Source: Hemiscyllium ocellatum
Taxonomy: Eukaryota
DNA length: 64,000 nucleotides
Direction of reading: 5' to 3'
NCBI RefSeq assembly: GCF_020745735.1
Contig: NC_083432.1
Location: forward strand, 32,016,533 to 32,080,532
Positions 1 through 12,782 of the stretch are shown here, one piece after another (within the stretch, counting starts at the first letter, position 1; every line of letters begins with the position of its first letter). Position numbers and translations under genes: made by a program. Under the pieces are notes generated by a model. That model was given only the letters and a program-made list of their open reading frames with translations, had not been told where the DNA came from and did not search any database.

Positions 1-381
1 TTAGTTAGGGGGATATGGGTTTGGGTGGGTTACTCTTCAGAGGGTCGGTGTGGAGTTGTTGGGGGCTGTTACCACAGTGTACGGAATCTCATCTAATGTA
101 ATCATCTGATTTCACTCCCACAGCTATGTGGTTGACTCTCTACTGTCCCCTGAGCAACTGGGGATTAGCAATAAACGCTGACCTGATGAGTAATGCCTTC
201 ATCCTGTGAATGAATAAAATGGCTTTGAGAATATAGCATCACTATAATTAATTTTAAAACAATTTAGCATCGATATTGTATACATGCTGTGTCATGGTAT
301 TACTGCCTACATACAGATCCATTGCTTGCAGTTTCCATTAATTTTGCTCCTTAGAACATAACTACAGCTTTATGTTTTCAG

Positions 382-466
382 TGCTGGCACTTGTGTGTTG
401 AAATGACGTGACCACAAAGCTGGAGAATACAAACAGGGACACCGGATGCCTCAAGCAGGGAATTTG
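382..466 (+). other. Putative 5'UTR exon of FUT copy 1
   Basis: Flanked by tatgttttcag| and |gtaagt (consensus donor), about 800 bp upstream of the FUT coding-exon acceptor at 1274/1275. No transcript evidence is available. Confidence 0.5.
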
Positions 467-1330
467 GTAAGTGAAGGAATTTGGTGCAATGAAAGTAGAG
501 ATGCCACCTGATTATTTCCACATGAAATGTGGCCCAAGAGGAAGCAAGGGACATCGAGGTTCCAAGAGAGGGAATCACAGGCCGTAAGACCTGAAGGTTT
601 ACGTGTGGAGGCATTGGTTAGGAGTACAGTGTTTCAAGTTTGTCCCCAAATGAAACTGAATGCAGTAACTTAACCAAGCACTGAACAAATTTAACTTATT
701 ATAAATTTCAAGTGTAACTCATTAATTTTAAATTGTAACTGTGGGAAACTGAGAGATATTGTAAACTCCAAATTGATCAGTAACATTTTAAAATGGCAGG
801 GAACTGCAAGTTGATACTGCAAAGGCTGTGGGCCCTGGCAACATTCTGGCAATAGTACCAAAGATTTGTTCTGCCCTCCACTGGATTGCCCATATCTGTC
901 CTTCTGTACCTTGACCATTCAGCAAATAGAAGATAAAACCAATTCTCCTCCACAGGACTCCTTTTTTTTTACCAAATCAATCGATCTGAAACAGTAAAAA
1001 GCTGGAGAATACAACTCATGCCAGATGTCACATCTATCATTTAAGTGATTTGCCAAGTTTTCATGCACTGATTGTGCAACTACATTTTCATTCCCTATCT
1101 ATCCTGTCACTTCCTATCAATTTGCAGAAAGATGTTAAACCCTCAATTTTATCAATTATGCGTCATATTTATTTCTCAAAAGGAGCTTTGTTAAATAAAT
1201 AATCCGACAGCAATATTTGGAAACTTGTCCTTCATCATTGTTATTGTATTAATAAATGATTTCTTGATTTTCAGATACTCCACTTGAGGAAATCATAAAC
1301 TGCGACTCACAACGTGAAGAATCTCTGGAT

Positions 1331-2410
1331 ATGGCTCTTTTGAACAAACGTTGTGCTGATCCAGCCATGAAAGTGATAGCCTTTCTAACATTCTTTTATT
1401 TCATAATGACAGTTTCTGTAATGTATAAATATCATTTAAAATATCACGCAATGTTCAAATATGTCCAATCTTTGGAAAATACATCCATAATATTGGAAAG
1501 TGAAGCAGAGAAGAATTCTTCAAAGGTGGTGATTTCTTCAAAGGGATTTTGGACAATTAACTCCATTGGACGACTTGGCAACCAGATGGGGGAGTATGCA
1601 ACACTATATGCATTGGCAAAATTGAATGGTTATCAAGCATATATTTTGCCTTCCATGGCCAATTACCTGTCCCCTATCTTCAAAATTACCCTTCCAACCC
1701 TCCATGATAGTGTGAGAAAGAAAATACATTGGAAGAATTATAATCTTAATGACTGGATGGAGGATCGGTACTGTAGTATTCAAGGAAATTATGTCAGCCT
1801 CTCAGGATACACGTGTTCCTGGACATTCTATCATCATATCCGTTCAGAAATTCTTCGTGAGTTAACTATGCATGATTTTATTGTAGAAGAGGCTAATGCA
1901 TTCCTAAGACACATTAGAGGTGAGCGAAAGAATGTGACGTATGTTGGTGTTCATGTTCGAAGGGGAGATTATATACATGTCATGCCAAATATTTGGAAAG
2001 GAGTTATAGCTGATAAGAAATATTTAGACACAGCAATGGCCTACTTCAGAAATAAATACAAAAATGTGGTTTTTGCAGTGACAAGCAATGGAATGGACTG
2101 GTGTAAGCAAAACATTAATAACTCCAAAGGAGATGTTTACTTTTCAGATGATCCCAAGCAGGCTACTGTCGCTTTTGACTTTTCTATCCTTGCACATTGT
2201 AACCACACAATAATGACAATCGGGACATTTGGTTTCTGGGCTGGCTACTTGGCAGGTGGGGAGACAATTTACCTCACAAACTTTACTTTGCCTGAGTCAC
2301 CTTTCCTAAAGGTGTTTAAATATGAAGCAGCTTACTTACCTGAATGGATTGGGATTCCTGCTGATCTCTCACCTCTTCTGCATGAAAATGCTTCAGACTT
2401 AGTCCATTAG
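1331..2410 (+). CDS. FUT2: Galactoside alpha-(1,2)-fucosyltransferase, FUT1/FUT2-like (GT11), copy 1; single coding exon
   Basis: 359-aa ORF with an N-terminal type II membrane anchor ([18 protein letters not shown]). Family motifs [57 protein letters not shown] and C-terminal [22 protein letters not shown]. Splice acceptor ttttcag ends at 1274, upstream of the ATG, as in mono-exonic vertebrate FUT1/2. Orthology to FUT1 versus FUT2 cannot be resolved here. Confidence 0.95.
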   Translation: MALLNKRCADPAMKVIAFLTFFYFIMTVSVMYKYHLKYHAMFKYVQSLENTSIILESEAEKNSSKVVISSKGFWTINSIGRLGNQMGEYATLYALAKLNGYQAYILPSMANYLSPIFKITLPTLHDSVRKKIHWKNYNLNDWMEDRYCSIQGNYVSLSGYTCSWTFYHHIRSEILRELTMHDFIVEEANAFLRHIRGERKNVTYVGVHVRRGDYIHVMPNIWKGVIADKKYLDTAMAYFRNKYKNVVFAVTSNGMDWCKQNINNSKGDVYFSDDPKQATVAFDFSILAHCNHTIMTIGTFGFWAGYLAGGETIYLTNFTLPESPFLKVFKYEAAYLPEWIGIPADLSPLLHENASDLVH

Positions 2411-3199
2411 CTGCATGTCCCAATATTCTTCGAAGCTTGTTGATTTCATGCCTCTTGAATTCAATCCATTTTCATTGATCAAGAAATTAAACTAAATACC
2501 TCAAACACATTGAGTTTCCAGAGAATAAGTTCGGAAATCAATATGTCCAAAAACATACATTGAAATTTTTAGAAAGTGTAGTTGTCTTTGCTTTGTCAAA
2601 GCCATTGCTAAATATATTTCAGTTAGTAACAGTTATGTTGCTGGAGTTCTTTAATGGGCAGCATTAACTGAGTTCACAATATATACATCACATCTAACTA
2701 GACAGTACAGCAGTGGAATTAACAATTAAAAACATCTGTACAGGAGGCTCTCTTCAAGAAACCTGTAAATATGGCTCTATGTGTTCCTTTATTTTTGTTT
2801 ATGAGTCTACAATTCCACAAGGCTGCCATTATCTCACTATCACTAATAGCAAGTTAATATATCCAGAGTCTAGGAACCTACATTCTTTAATATAGAAAGA
2901 ATATTTCAGATCATTGCATTTATCAGTACAGAAGCATATGACTGTTGGTGCTGGCAATCTGGAATAAAGAGAAAATGTTGCAGAACTTATTTCCCATATT
3001 TACAGCTTTTACAAGTCTGTCTTATACTGCTCTAATCTTCAGCATGCAGCAGGACTAGAGTAGGTCCTGACTCCACCTCAGCCAGGATGGGGATCAAGCC
3101 CTGTGCTATTGGCACCCACCTAATCCACACCAAGGCAGCCAAAAGCGTCATCACCCCCAAGGAGTCAGTATTGTTGTGGGAACATACACTTTTCCATAT

Positions 3200-3470
3200 T
3201 GGATGTAGGTTTGCTCGCTGAGCTGGAAGGTTCATTTCCAGACATGTCTTTGTTTGGCTTGTCTTAGGATGGATGTGTTGTCCCAGTCGAAGTGGTGTCC
3301 TTCCTCATCCATATGTGAGGATACTAGTGAGAAAGGGTCATGTCTTTTTGTGGCTAGTTGGTGTTCATGTATCCTGGTGGCTAGTTTTCTGCCTGCTTGT
3401 CCAATGTAGTGTTTGTTATAGTGCTTGCATGGTATTTTGTAAATGACATTAGTTTTGCTTGTTGTCTGTA
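3200..3470 (-). mobile_element. Penelope-like fragment (second family), GIY-YIG
   Basis: My antisense translation is TNVIYKIPCKHYNKHYIGQAGRKLATRIHEHQLATKRHD...HHFDWDNTSIL. Duplicated at 29962-30232. Confidence 0.82.
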
Positions 3471-3759
3471 TTATTTCCTTTCGCCGTTAAGTCCCAGTGT
3501 GGGACTTGTTCGAGGAAATAGCTAAACAGGAATCACTCCCAATTTTGCTGCCTCTTTTAGGGAATTAATGGAAAGAGTTACAGGTTCATACCCAACATTT
3601 CTGGCCACCTCATGAATACATTGCTGTTAACCTTCAAGTCCTTGGGTTGAACTTAAACCAGACCTTCTGCTGCAAGGCAGGAATACTACCTCCTGTTCAG
3701 CAAAACCTCCAATCATTTAAACTAATATACCCATTGATTGCTGGTCTACCGAACAGCAT

Positions 3760-4880
3760 TAGCCTGAATACCACAAAACCAGAAGTGTTTTAGTCATGCT
3801 ACAACGATACAAAGCCTTGGTTAGACCACAGATAGACACATGTCTGTCACAAGGTGGCACTACCTTTGTGTACAGTACATTAGCTTTAGAGGGAATGCAG
3901 ATTCGATTTGCTTGAACGCTATCTGGACACACAAGGAATGAATTACAAGGTGAGACTAAACAAACCATGGTCAGAAGGTTTTGAACTTAGAAATTAGAAG
4001 ATTAATAGATGATTTGATTGGAGCTCTCAAGATATTTGGGCTACTGATTAGCAAAGAAAATTTCTCCTGCTGGTTTAGGAATAAAGAACTAGGGCATACA
4101 GTCTAAATATTCAAGATTTGGAAGTGCCAGTGTTGGAGTAGAGTGGACAAAGTTAAAATCAGACAAAACATTTATTTGGAAGCATTAGGTTTTGAAGTGC
4201 TGTTTCTTCATCAGGTGATTGTTGAGCAGAATCATAAGACACAGATTTTATAGCAACAGGATTGCAGTGTCATGGAATGTGACATTAAACAAACTTAGAT
4301 TAAGTCTTTCATCTTTTAGAATGACCACGTTAGCTTCAGTTCCTTCATATGTAAATCACAGAGCTTTTTCAAAGTTACATTTTCTACATAGCCTTTAGCA
4401 ATAGGTGTCATCTCAGCTTAGATAGTGCATTGAAGATGTGAAGTTAAAGTCTGTCTGTTTCCCAAAGTTAGGTCAGGCTGGTTCTATTTCTAAAGTGGGA
4501 GTTACAGAAACTTATTTGGATTTATACAGCTTTTGAGCAAAATAAAATGTAATTCTGCAAGTACTTGTGAGACAAATCAAACCAAGGTCATTAGGTTTTG
4601 AACTTAGAAATTAAAAGATTAAAAAGTGATTTGATTGGAGCATTCAAGATGTAATGGGCTACTGATTAGCAAAGAAAATTATTTCTGTTAGTTTACGAAT
4701 CAGGAATTAGGGCATCCAGCCTAAGTCTTCAAAGTAGACCTTTCAGGAGTGACATCAGAAACAAACTTCTATGTGAAAGAACGGTACAGGTTTAGTACTC
4801 CCGTTTTCAGATGGTCATTCTGGTCTCATTGAAAGGTGGAGCAGACTTGAGAGGCTAAATGACCGACTATTTTCTATAAT
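3760..4880 (+). mobile_element. Old CR1-like LINE 3' remnant interrupted by a Penelope-like terminal fragment (about 4120-4565)
   Basis: tacaaagccttggttagaccaca...gatttgattggag...ggagcagacttgagaggctaaatgacc resembles the CR1 3' region. Duplicated at 30522-31642. Confidence 0.6.
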
Positions 4881-6810
4881 GAATCAAAAGGAACATAAAG
4901 CTTGGTCTGTTTCCATGAGCACTGCTATCTCACTAACTGCAATGAATATCGTGAATATTTTCAAAGGGAAATGCTAATCAAGAACATTGCTGTACTTTGA
5001 CAATGTTGGGTGTACATTGACTCATATATTTGCAATAGCATTGTGTGGAGAAACTGAGGTGATTCTGTGACTTGATGTTACAAGCAAAGTGCAACGCATA
5101 TTAAGTACATTGAGGAAATATCGCTGATAATTGTTTTGTCCATTTATTCTGAAGTGTCAGATTTAAATTGATCAATTGTACAGATGTTTTTAATATACTT
5201 AGAAAGTTCAAGCCTGACTGGACATACATTCCATTTTTGTCACAAATACTGACAACATTTCAAATAAAGCTCCCAACTCACATGGAAAATGTAAGACATT
5301 GATCTACAAATCCTGTGGTTTATGGTAACAGTTTTATCATAATTCGTGCTGTCAGAAATTGTTCACATTTACATTGTCAAACAAATGTTCAATCATTTGA
5401 TCTTTGTCACAATTGCTAACTGCTAATAATGTGTAAGTCTTTTTCTGTAAATGATTAAGGGTGTTATTTACATAATACTGCATGAGACGATCCAAGACGG
5501 AATAGAAAATTCCAACTTATTTATAATCAGTCTCTTAAAGTACTGATAATGCTTTCCAATCACTCATGCTTGGTAGAAATAGTTTCCTAAAAATAAATAA
5601 ATTTCTGAAAGTATGTTAAAGATTGATAATAATTTTATTCAGGTGTATAACCAGTACTGTACATGTGACACTGACATTGACGTGAATTGACTTGAGAAGA
5701 ATTCCTGTTGTATTCATAACAGTAATTGGACAGCAAATGAGCACAGTGACAGACTGCATTGTATTTTTGCTGAAAATAGGAACCTAAGGTTCAACATAAC
5801 AATCTCCTTGTGTCAGTCTATCTATGTCTCTCAAATGTTCCTACCAGAGCTGCTGGGAGATGAAAAAGGAAGCCCAGCTCGTCTTCCTCTAAGGCATCAG
5901 TGCTCGCTTCCTCAGAAGTGGAAAGCAGTTTGTCTTGAGCAGCTGCCCTGTTGAGAACAGAGGCTGTGAACTTGCTGCTTTTACCCACAGGAGACCAAAG
6001 AAAGAAACTGTTCACAACCAAGAAGTAGATGTTGTGGCAATGATAATCGTGCAATCCCAGTGGGGGAAATGGGAGAGTAACACAACAAGGAACAATGCTT
6101 CTTGATTGGTGCAAGAACATGGAGGTTTAGGTATCTCCACTGAAGGGATCTGAGACAGGGCCAATATCGTCTCCTCAGAGTGGATGAAGAGACATTGTGG
6201 GTACCTCTGGTAGGAGTGAGTGGGAGAATTGTGCTAGCAAAGAGTCATGTTATGGTGTTACTGAGGTAGGTTTGGGGCAATCATTGGTGAAACTCGCTCG
6301 ACCCCTCAGTGAGGAACCTTCTATGAAACTTGACAAAACTGACACTTAATCAATTTCTGGTAAGATTGAGCCCTGTATTCTGTAATGTTAAATGGTAATT
6401 ATTTCCAATAGTTATATGCTTCTCATGCAGTTTTACATATCTCCTGTTCAATCTGTTCAGACATATCGGTATATACCTCTGGATCGGTTGGGGGGAGGGG
6501 GGGCACTTGACCTGAAGCATTCATGGCTCAAAGACTAGGGGCACTGCCAATGCTCTACCACAAGAGTCCCACCCCCAATTCATTTTAATTTTCTTCTTTA
6601 TGTTTGCAAAAGATCTCTTACAAACAAATGACTGTTTTTGTTCCCCATGAACAAATCATCGCAGAAATTGTTCTCGTCGATTAACCACAACCAGTAAATC
6701 TACTGTATTTCCAATGGATTCATTTATTGGGCAAACTCATTGAGAGCAATGCAGGCCTCAAAACTGAAGCAGAGTTAGAGAGAGGGGAAAGGATCAAAAT
6801 CAAATGGAGT

Positions 6811-7090
6811 TATAGATTCCTCTACAGGGTGGAAGCAGGCCCTTCGGCCCAACAAGTCCACACCTACTCTCTGAAGAGTAGCCCACCTAGATCCATTTCC
6901 CTCTGACTAATGCACCTAACACATGGCCAATTCACCTGAGCTGCACATCTTTGGACTGTGGGTGGAAACCCACGCAGACACAGGGAAAATGTGCAGACAC
7001 CACACAGACAGTCAGCTGAGGCTGGAATCAAACCTGTGTCCCTGGTGCTGTGAGGCAGCAGTGCTAACCACTGAGCCACTGTGCTGCCCT
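6811..7090 (-). mobile_element. HE1-type SINE
   Basis: Antisense SINE consensus; duplicated at 33573-33852. Confidence 0.87.
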
Positions 7091-7094
7091 TATA

Positions 7095-7620
7095 GTGTCA
7101 TAGAGTTTTAGAGCACAGAAACAGACCCTTCAATCCAACTCAGCCAAGACGACCAAATTCCCCAAACTAAACTCGCCCCACTTACCTGCATTTGGCCCAC
7201 ATCCCTCTCAGCCTTTCCTTTTCATTTACCTGTCTAAATGTCTTTTACATGTTGTAATTGTACCTGCATATACCACTTTCTCTGCCAGTTCATTCCACAT
7301 ACGAACCACACTCTGTGTGAGGAAATTGCCCCTCATGTCCCTTTTAAATCTATCTCCTCTCACCTTAAAAATACGCCCTCTTGTTTTGAGCTTCTTCTGC
7401 CCCCCTCCCACCATGGGGAAAATACTTTTGCTATTCACCATATTCATGCCTTTCATGATCTTACAAACCTTTAATTGGTCACCCCTTAATCTCCTTCTCT
7501 CCAGTGAAAAATGTCCTGACCTACCCAACCTCTCTTTATAACTCAAACCCTGCTGTCCTGGCAAGATCTTGATAAATCTTTTCTGAACCTGCTACATTTT
7601 AATAAACTGCTTCCTATAAG
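7095..7620 (-). mobile_element. CR1-type LINE 3' fragment
   Basis: ORF 7226-7564 LSYKERL..FSLERRRLRGD..RMWNEL. Duplicated at 33857-34382. Confidence 0.85.
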
Positions 7621-8922
7621 ATGCTTTTATGGATAATTATACTAATTACAAATTCATTACTACTGATTATAATTTGACTTTTAATTTTATTTCAGAAACA
7701 GAAATTGCTGGAGATACTCCAAAAGTATGGCAGCATCTCTGGAGAGAAAACAGAGATCATGTTTTGAGTCTAGTGGTCCTTGTTCATTTCTAGACCAGGA
7801 GGAGAGCTGGGGCCAATCCCAAACTGCTCAAGAAGTATTCAATAGCATCGCTGAACAGAATTAATTAGAAAATAAATGCAAAGTGTCTCTGATCCCATTG
7901 GGAGTCAGCTGTTTTGGAGGGTTCTGTGAGAGTGTCCCTATCTCTGAACCAAAAGGCCAGGGCTCAAATCCCATCTGCTCCAGAAGAATATTCTAGCATT
8001 TTTGAATAAGTTGAATAGGAAATATAATTGCAGGCTTCTGGATAAGTTCCAACAAGGAACTGTCATATTGAATTGATGTTGCAATACAGCGATACCTAGT
8101 AATCATTATGTAAATGCACTCTAATAGCAACTGTAGGCAACGAAACACCTGACCAGTTTTAATTAAAAATGCCAGCATGTTGCAATCTATTAGGGATTAA
8201 CCATTCAGTGAAAATTAAACTAACCCTTCATCTCCGGGAGCAATCTAGTGAACCTCCTCCAGACTGCCTACAGTGCAACTATATCCCTCCTCAAGCAAAG
8301 GGACCAAACTTTATGCAATACTTGAGGTGCAGTCTCACTAATACCCTGTACAGTTACAGCAGCACCACCGTACTTCTTTACTTTATTCTTTGAGCAATGA
8401 ATACCAAAATTTTATTTGCCTTCATTAAACTAGACACTTATACAGCATGAGAAGAGAATAATGATTGGTTTGACTATGCTTGACATGAGGTGCAGCAGAA
8501 ACTATTGATTGCCTAAGTTTCCACATTGAACTCAAACCGTGTCAGATCAACTCTGATTGGTCAGAATATTACAGTGGGGTTGAAACAGCTATGAGCAGTT
8601 CCCATTGACCCATAAATCATAGAATAATGTGCAGAAATATATTCCATTTGCCGCTCAAGAAGAGGGACCTAGCTGTGAATTATATCATAGCTTCTGGCAT
8701 CTACAAATTAGTCACATTGCAAACTCAACTGCTCTCAAATTGATTTCCAGTACAATTCCTAACGCAGTCAGGATTATTTCACAAATGTTTTCCATTCCTG
8801 GTTGGACAATTTGGTCCAGATATTTCTAGCCAGACAGGTATTGGAAAAATATGTTGGGATCCTGCTGAATACCAGATACAGCAGACCCCACGAGAATTGT
8901 CTGGAAAATTCTCCTGCATCGT

Positions 8923-9243
8923 GAGTGGCACGGTGGCACAGTGGTTAGCACTGCTGTTGGACCCAGCGCCTGAGACCCGGGTTCAATTCCTGACTCAGGC
9001 GACTGACTGTGTGGAGTTTGCACGTTCTCCCCGTGTCTGCGTGGGTTTCCTCTGGGTGCTCCGGTATCCTCCCACAGTCCAAAGATGTGCGGGTCAGGTG
9101 AATTGGCCATGCTAAATTGCCCGTAGTGTTAGATAAGGGGTAAATGTAGGGGTATGGGTGGGTTGCGCTTCGGCGGGTGGGTGTGGACTTGTTGGGCCGA
9201 AGGGCCTGTTTCCACACTGTAAGTAATCTAATCTAATCTAATC
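8923..9243 (+). mobile_element. HE1-type tRNA-derived SINE, full length
   Basis: A box tggcacagtgg, B box gggttcaattcc, V-SINE core tgtggagtttgcacgttctccccgtgtctgcgtggg, (taatc)n tail. Confidence 0.9.
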
Positions 9244-9404
9244 ATCTGGAAGACTCAACAAAACCCTTAACATTGGAGAATTTGGAGGAGCCTGTTTCCT
9301 TTAAGTTAATAGTAAACCAGGACAAGTTGAGAAATTCAAAGATTGCACAAAATTCCCAGCTATTAGACTGACCTCCATCCAAGGTACCACAAACCATCCA
9401 CAGC

Positions 9405-9965
9405 CACCTCATCTCACCACCCCCACACACACACTTCATCTCCCCAGCCTTCTTACAACACTACAACCCCTGACAAACAACCTCCCCAAATGCCAGCCAG
9501 ATGCTTCCCAATGCAACACAATTCCAAACCCATCCTGAGACCTGAGAACATCACTTCACTGACCCTGACACTACCACACTGCTGCCCACACACACACACT
9601 CTGTATCCACCAGCCATAAAACATAACACATGTTCCCCAGCCCCCACATTTAACAGATGCACAGCATCCCCAACATCCCATCTACACCACATCTCCACTG
9701 ATTCCAACTTCCCCATTCCATCACTGGAACTATGAATTCTCCCCACTCCAGAGCCAACAGTCCCAATCCCTCCACATTCCCAAACCTATTGTAAGCTCTA
9801 CCTCACCCATATTCACTCAGCACCCTATCCACTTGGCATCTTTCACCCTACCCATCTGGCAACTTAATTCTCTGGTATCCTACCTACCTGGTACATTAAC
9901 ACCCTACCTACCTGGCATCTCAATCCCTTAACCAACTGTCAACCCAACTCAGCATTTGCCTTCCA
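9405..9965. repeat. C/A-rich, G-poor low-complexity tract (duplicated at about 36167-36727)
   Basis: Recurrent cctacc/ctggca/cacac units. Confidence 0.6.
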
Positions 9966-11158
9966 TATCTATCCTATCACAAAAGTTGTCAAAGTGTCTG
10001 GCTGTGTTTGACCAGAGCACACTGACAGCTGCAAAAGGGCTGATGGCTTGACCTTCCCTGACTATCCAGCATTACTGGGGATCTGTGTGATTTCAACTAG
10101 TCTCCACATTTCTAAAGAAGCCAGGATCTGAACTTGAGACTAGAAATGAGGGCTTCAGTGTGAACATTAAACAAAAGAATAGAAGGACAATCTGACTATG
10201 ATTGGGCTGGTGAGCACAGTTAGTATGTTGGCTGCTGCAGATGGGTGTTTGATACAGTCTGCCACACATTGGGATGTATTGCCTATATTCCTAGCAGCAC
10301 AATGGCAATAATATACATCGACCACATTACTCATCTGGTAGGTAGAATGTTTTTAATTCATGCTCAAACAATGGAAAACTGCAAGGAAGCGAGTGGAACA
10401 TACGAGAACACTTGGGAAGTTATAAGCAAAACATTCAACCTCCAATTTTTTCACGTCTTCATTAACTAAAATCACTTCCTCCCCCAAACAGCCAAAGCCT
10501 CTGTTCAAGTGTAGAATTCTGCAAAAATACAGATGAGTTGCCAATACAAGAGATAGCAACATCTTCCATTATTATTGCATGAATCCCCTTGCTACGAGGC
10601 AGTACTTGATCACTGCCATGGATGAGAGTATTGGAATGAGTGAAGTATGTCTCTGCTTGATGTTTCAGCTTGTCCCCTAAAAAGCATTGGTTGAGTTCAG
10701 AACCTGGGTAACTTGAGCTGTGTTTCTTCCTGTCCCATTGATGGTACTGCCATTAACCAGCCATGATCAAACTATCCCTGAGCCACTTACAACAATGCAA
10801 CAGAATAGCTTGGAAACAATCACACTGAAAACGGATGGGAAATTAAACTCACTTCATCTGAGGAACAAATTCCTCATATTTACTGTAACTCTGTCATAAT
10901 TAGTCCATTTACCCGCTCAAACAGATCATCTTCATTTTAAATAATTGCAGGGAAATCATCATTAGCTGTTCATAAGAAGTTGGTAAGATAAAGGAAAATA
11001 ACAAAGCCTTTGTCCCCTCCAATCTGGGATTCATCTTGTAATACAGTTATGACTGAACTGCTATCTTAATTCTACCTCTTATACTATCTCCATAACCCTC
11101 TATTAACATAGTGCCCAAAAATCTATCGACCTCGGTCTTGAATATCTCCAACAACTGA

Positions 11159-12304
11159 GTTAAAAATCACACAACACCAGGTTATAGTCCAACAGGTTTA
11201 ATTGGAATCACATTAGCTTTCGGAGTGACGCTCCTTCATCTGGTGGTAGTGGAGGGCTCACTCTTAACACAGAATTTATAGCAAAAATTTGCAGTGTGAT
11301 GTAACTGAAATTATACATTGAAAAATTGATTGTCTGTTAAGCCTTTCATCTGTTAGAATGCAGTGATAGTTTCACTTCTTTCATGTGTAAATCACAAAAC
11401 CTTTTTTTCCAAAATTTGTATTCTCAGTTAAGCTGTTAACAATGGTGATAGCTAGACAATATGTTGAAGGTATTGGCCCCTTGTGTTTTCTGTCTATGCC
11501 GTGATGTTTAGAGTGATTCTAATTCTGAGATAACTGAGTTTTACATAAATTCATGCAGTTTTTGAGCTCAGAGTTCTACATGAATGCATGCAGTTTTTGA
11601 ACAAAGTACAATGTAACCCTGCAAGTACAAATTCACCCCACAAAATATATGTGTGCATGTTGGTCTTTGTCTGTGTGTGTGTCTGTCTGGGTTGGGGGTT
11701 GTGAGTGTGAGAAAGTGTATGTGTGTGTGTGTAGTGAGTGCAGAGTGAGTGTGGGAGTGTGTGTGTCGGTAAAGGTTGTGTAAGTGTCCGTGTGAACGTC
11801 TGTGTATGTGTGTATAGGAGTGCCTGTCCATTTGTGGGTGTGTGAGAAAGAGTGTGTAGGAGTATCTGTGTGTGTGTGTGTATAGTGCAATGGTGGTCAC
11901 CTGTAGTATGACATGAACCCAAGGCCCCGGTTGAGGCCCTCCCTATGGGTACCGAACTTGGCTATCAGCCTCTGCTCGGCCACTTTTCTCTGCTGCCTGT
12001 CCCGACGTCCACCTTGGAGGATGGTCACCCAAATATCCGAGGCTGAATGTCCTGGACCAATGAAATGTTCCCCAACTGGGAGGGAATCCTCCTGTCTGTT
12101 GATTGTTGTGCGGTGCCCATTCATCCGTTGCCGTAGCCTTTGCTCGGTTTCCCCAATGTACCATGCCTCTGGGCACCCTTGTCTGCAACGTATAAGATAG
12201 ACAACGTTGGCAGAGTCACATGAGTACCTGCCATGTACAAGGTGGGAGGTGTCCCCACACGTAATGGTAATATCTATGTCCACACTCTGACACGTCTTGC
12301 AGCA
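11159..12304 (-). mobile_element. Penelope-like element fragment with GIY-YIG endonuclease
   Basis: ORF 11897-12283 NVVYLIRC..C...YIGET..LRQRMNGH..E..LI......GLN. 12-bp TSD tccaacaactga (11147-11158 / 12305-12316). Empty site in the paralog near 37935. Confidence 0.9.
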
Positions 12305-12782
12305 TCCAACAACTGAAGAGCACAGTTGCTGCTATACCGAATTTCCAGGATTCACAATCCTTTGAGTGAAGAAATTTCTCCTCTTCTCAGTCCTAAACAG
12401 CCGACCTCTTTCCCTGAGCCACTATGTTTTGTTGATCCTGGTTCATGTTGAACTAAGAGGATGATTCTCTAATCCAATGTAGTAGTGGGAAGCAGAACAC
12501 ATGGAGCACATTGACAATGTACATTCTGTTTCTATGAATTAGTTCAACATTTTAATGTTAAAATTGATTTATCATAGCTCTTTGAATAGATTTAAAAATA
12601 GAAGCATGATCACCAAGCATTTTAGTTTTGCAATAAATAGTGGCAGATTATTTGATGCAATAAAATAATGACACAATAATAAACCCACCCAATGCACAAA
12701 CAAGTAAAAGGAAAATCCTGGATATTGAGCAATAGTTGCTGCCATAAATTTTTTTCTTAGAATTAACATATTCAAAATTCAC

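Larger units (their letters stand above)
1..10250 (+). repeat. Segmental tandem duplication, young layer, copy 1 (pairs with 26763-37010)
   Basis: Constant 26,762-bp offset in both the sequence and the ORF track. Only scattered substitutions; the first indel (4 bp) is near 9998. Confidence 0.97.

Noticed and set aside
1331-2410. Intronless GT11 gene as a bacterial transfer or processed retrocopy
   Set aside because: Vertebrate FUT1/2 normally have a single coding exon. The type II anchor, vertebrate-type C-terminus and upstream splice acceptor are present, and I saw no poly(A)/TSD.
2963-2968. AATAAA as the FUT polyadenylation signal
   Set aside because: It lies in what looks like a degenerate repeat terminus and AT-rich alternatives are plentiful. 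It cannot be assigned without transcripts.
5818-6120. 100-aa antisense ORF in non-repetitive-looking DNA, present in both copies
   Set aside because: No recognisable motif in the frames I translated. Its conservation only reflects the recent duplication.
8923-9000. tRNA gene
   Set aside because: The A and B boxes belong to the SINE head and continue into the SINE body and tail.
11551-11922. His/Thr-rich ORFs in three frames
   Set aside because: Translation of a degenerate (GT)n tract inside the Penelope element.
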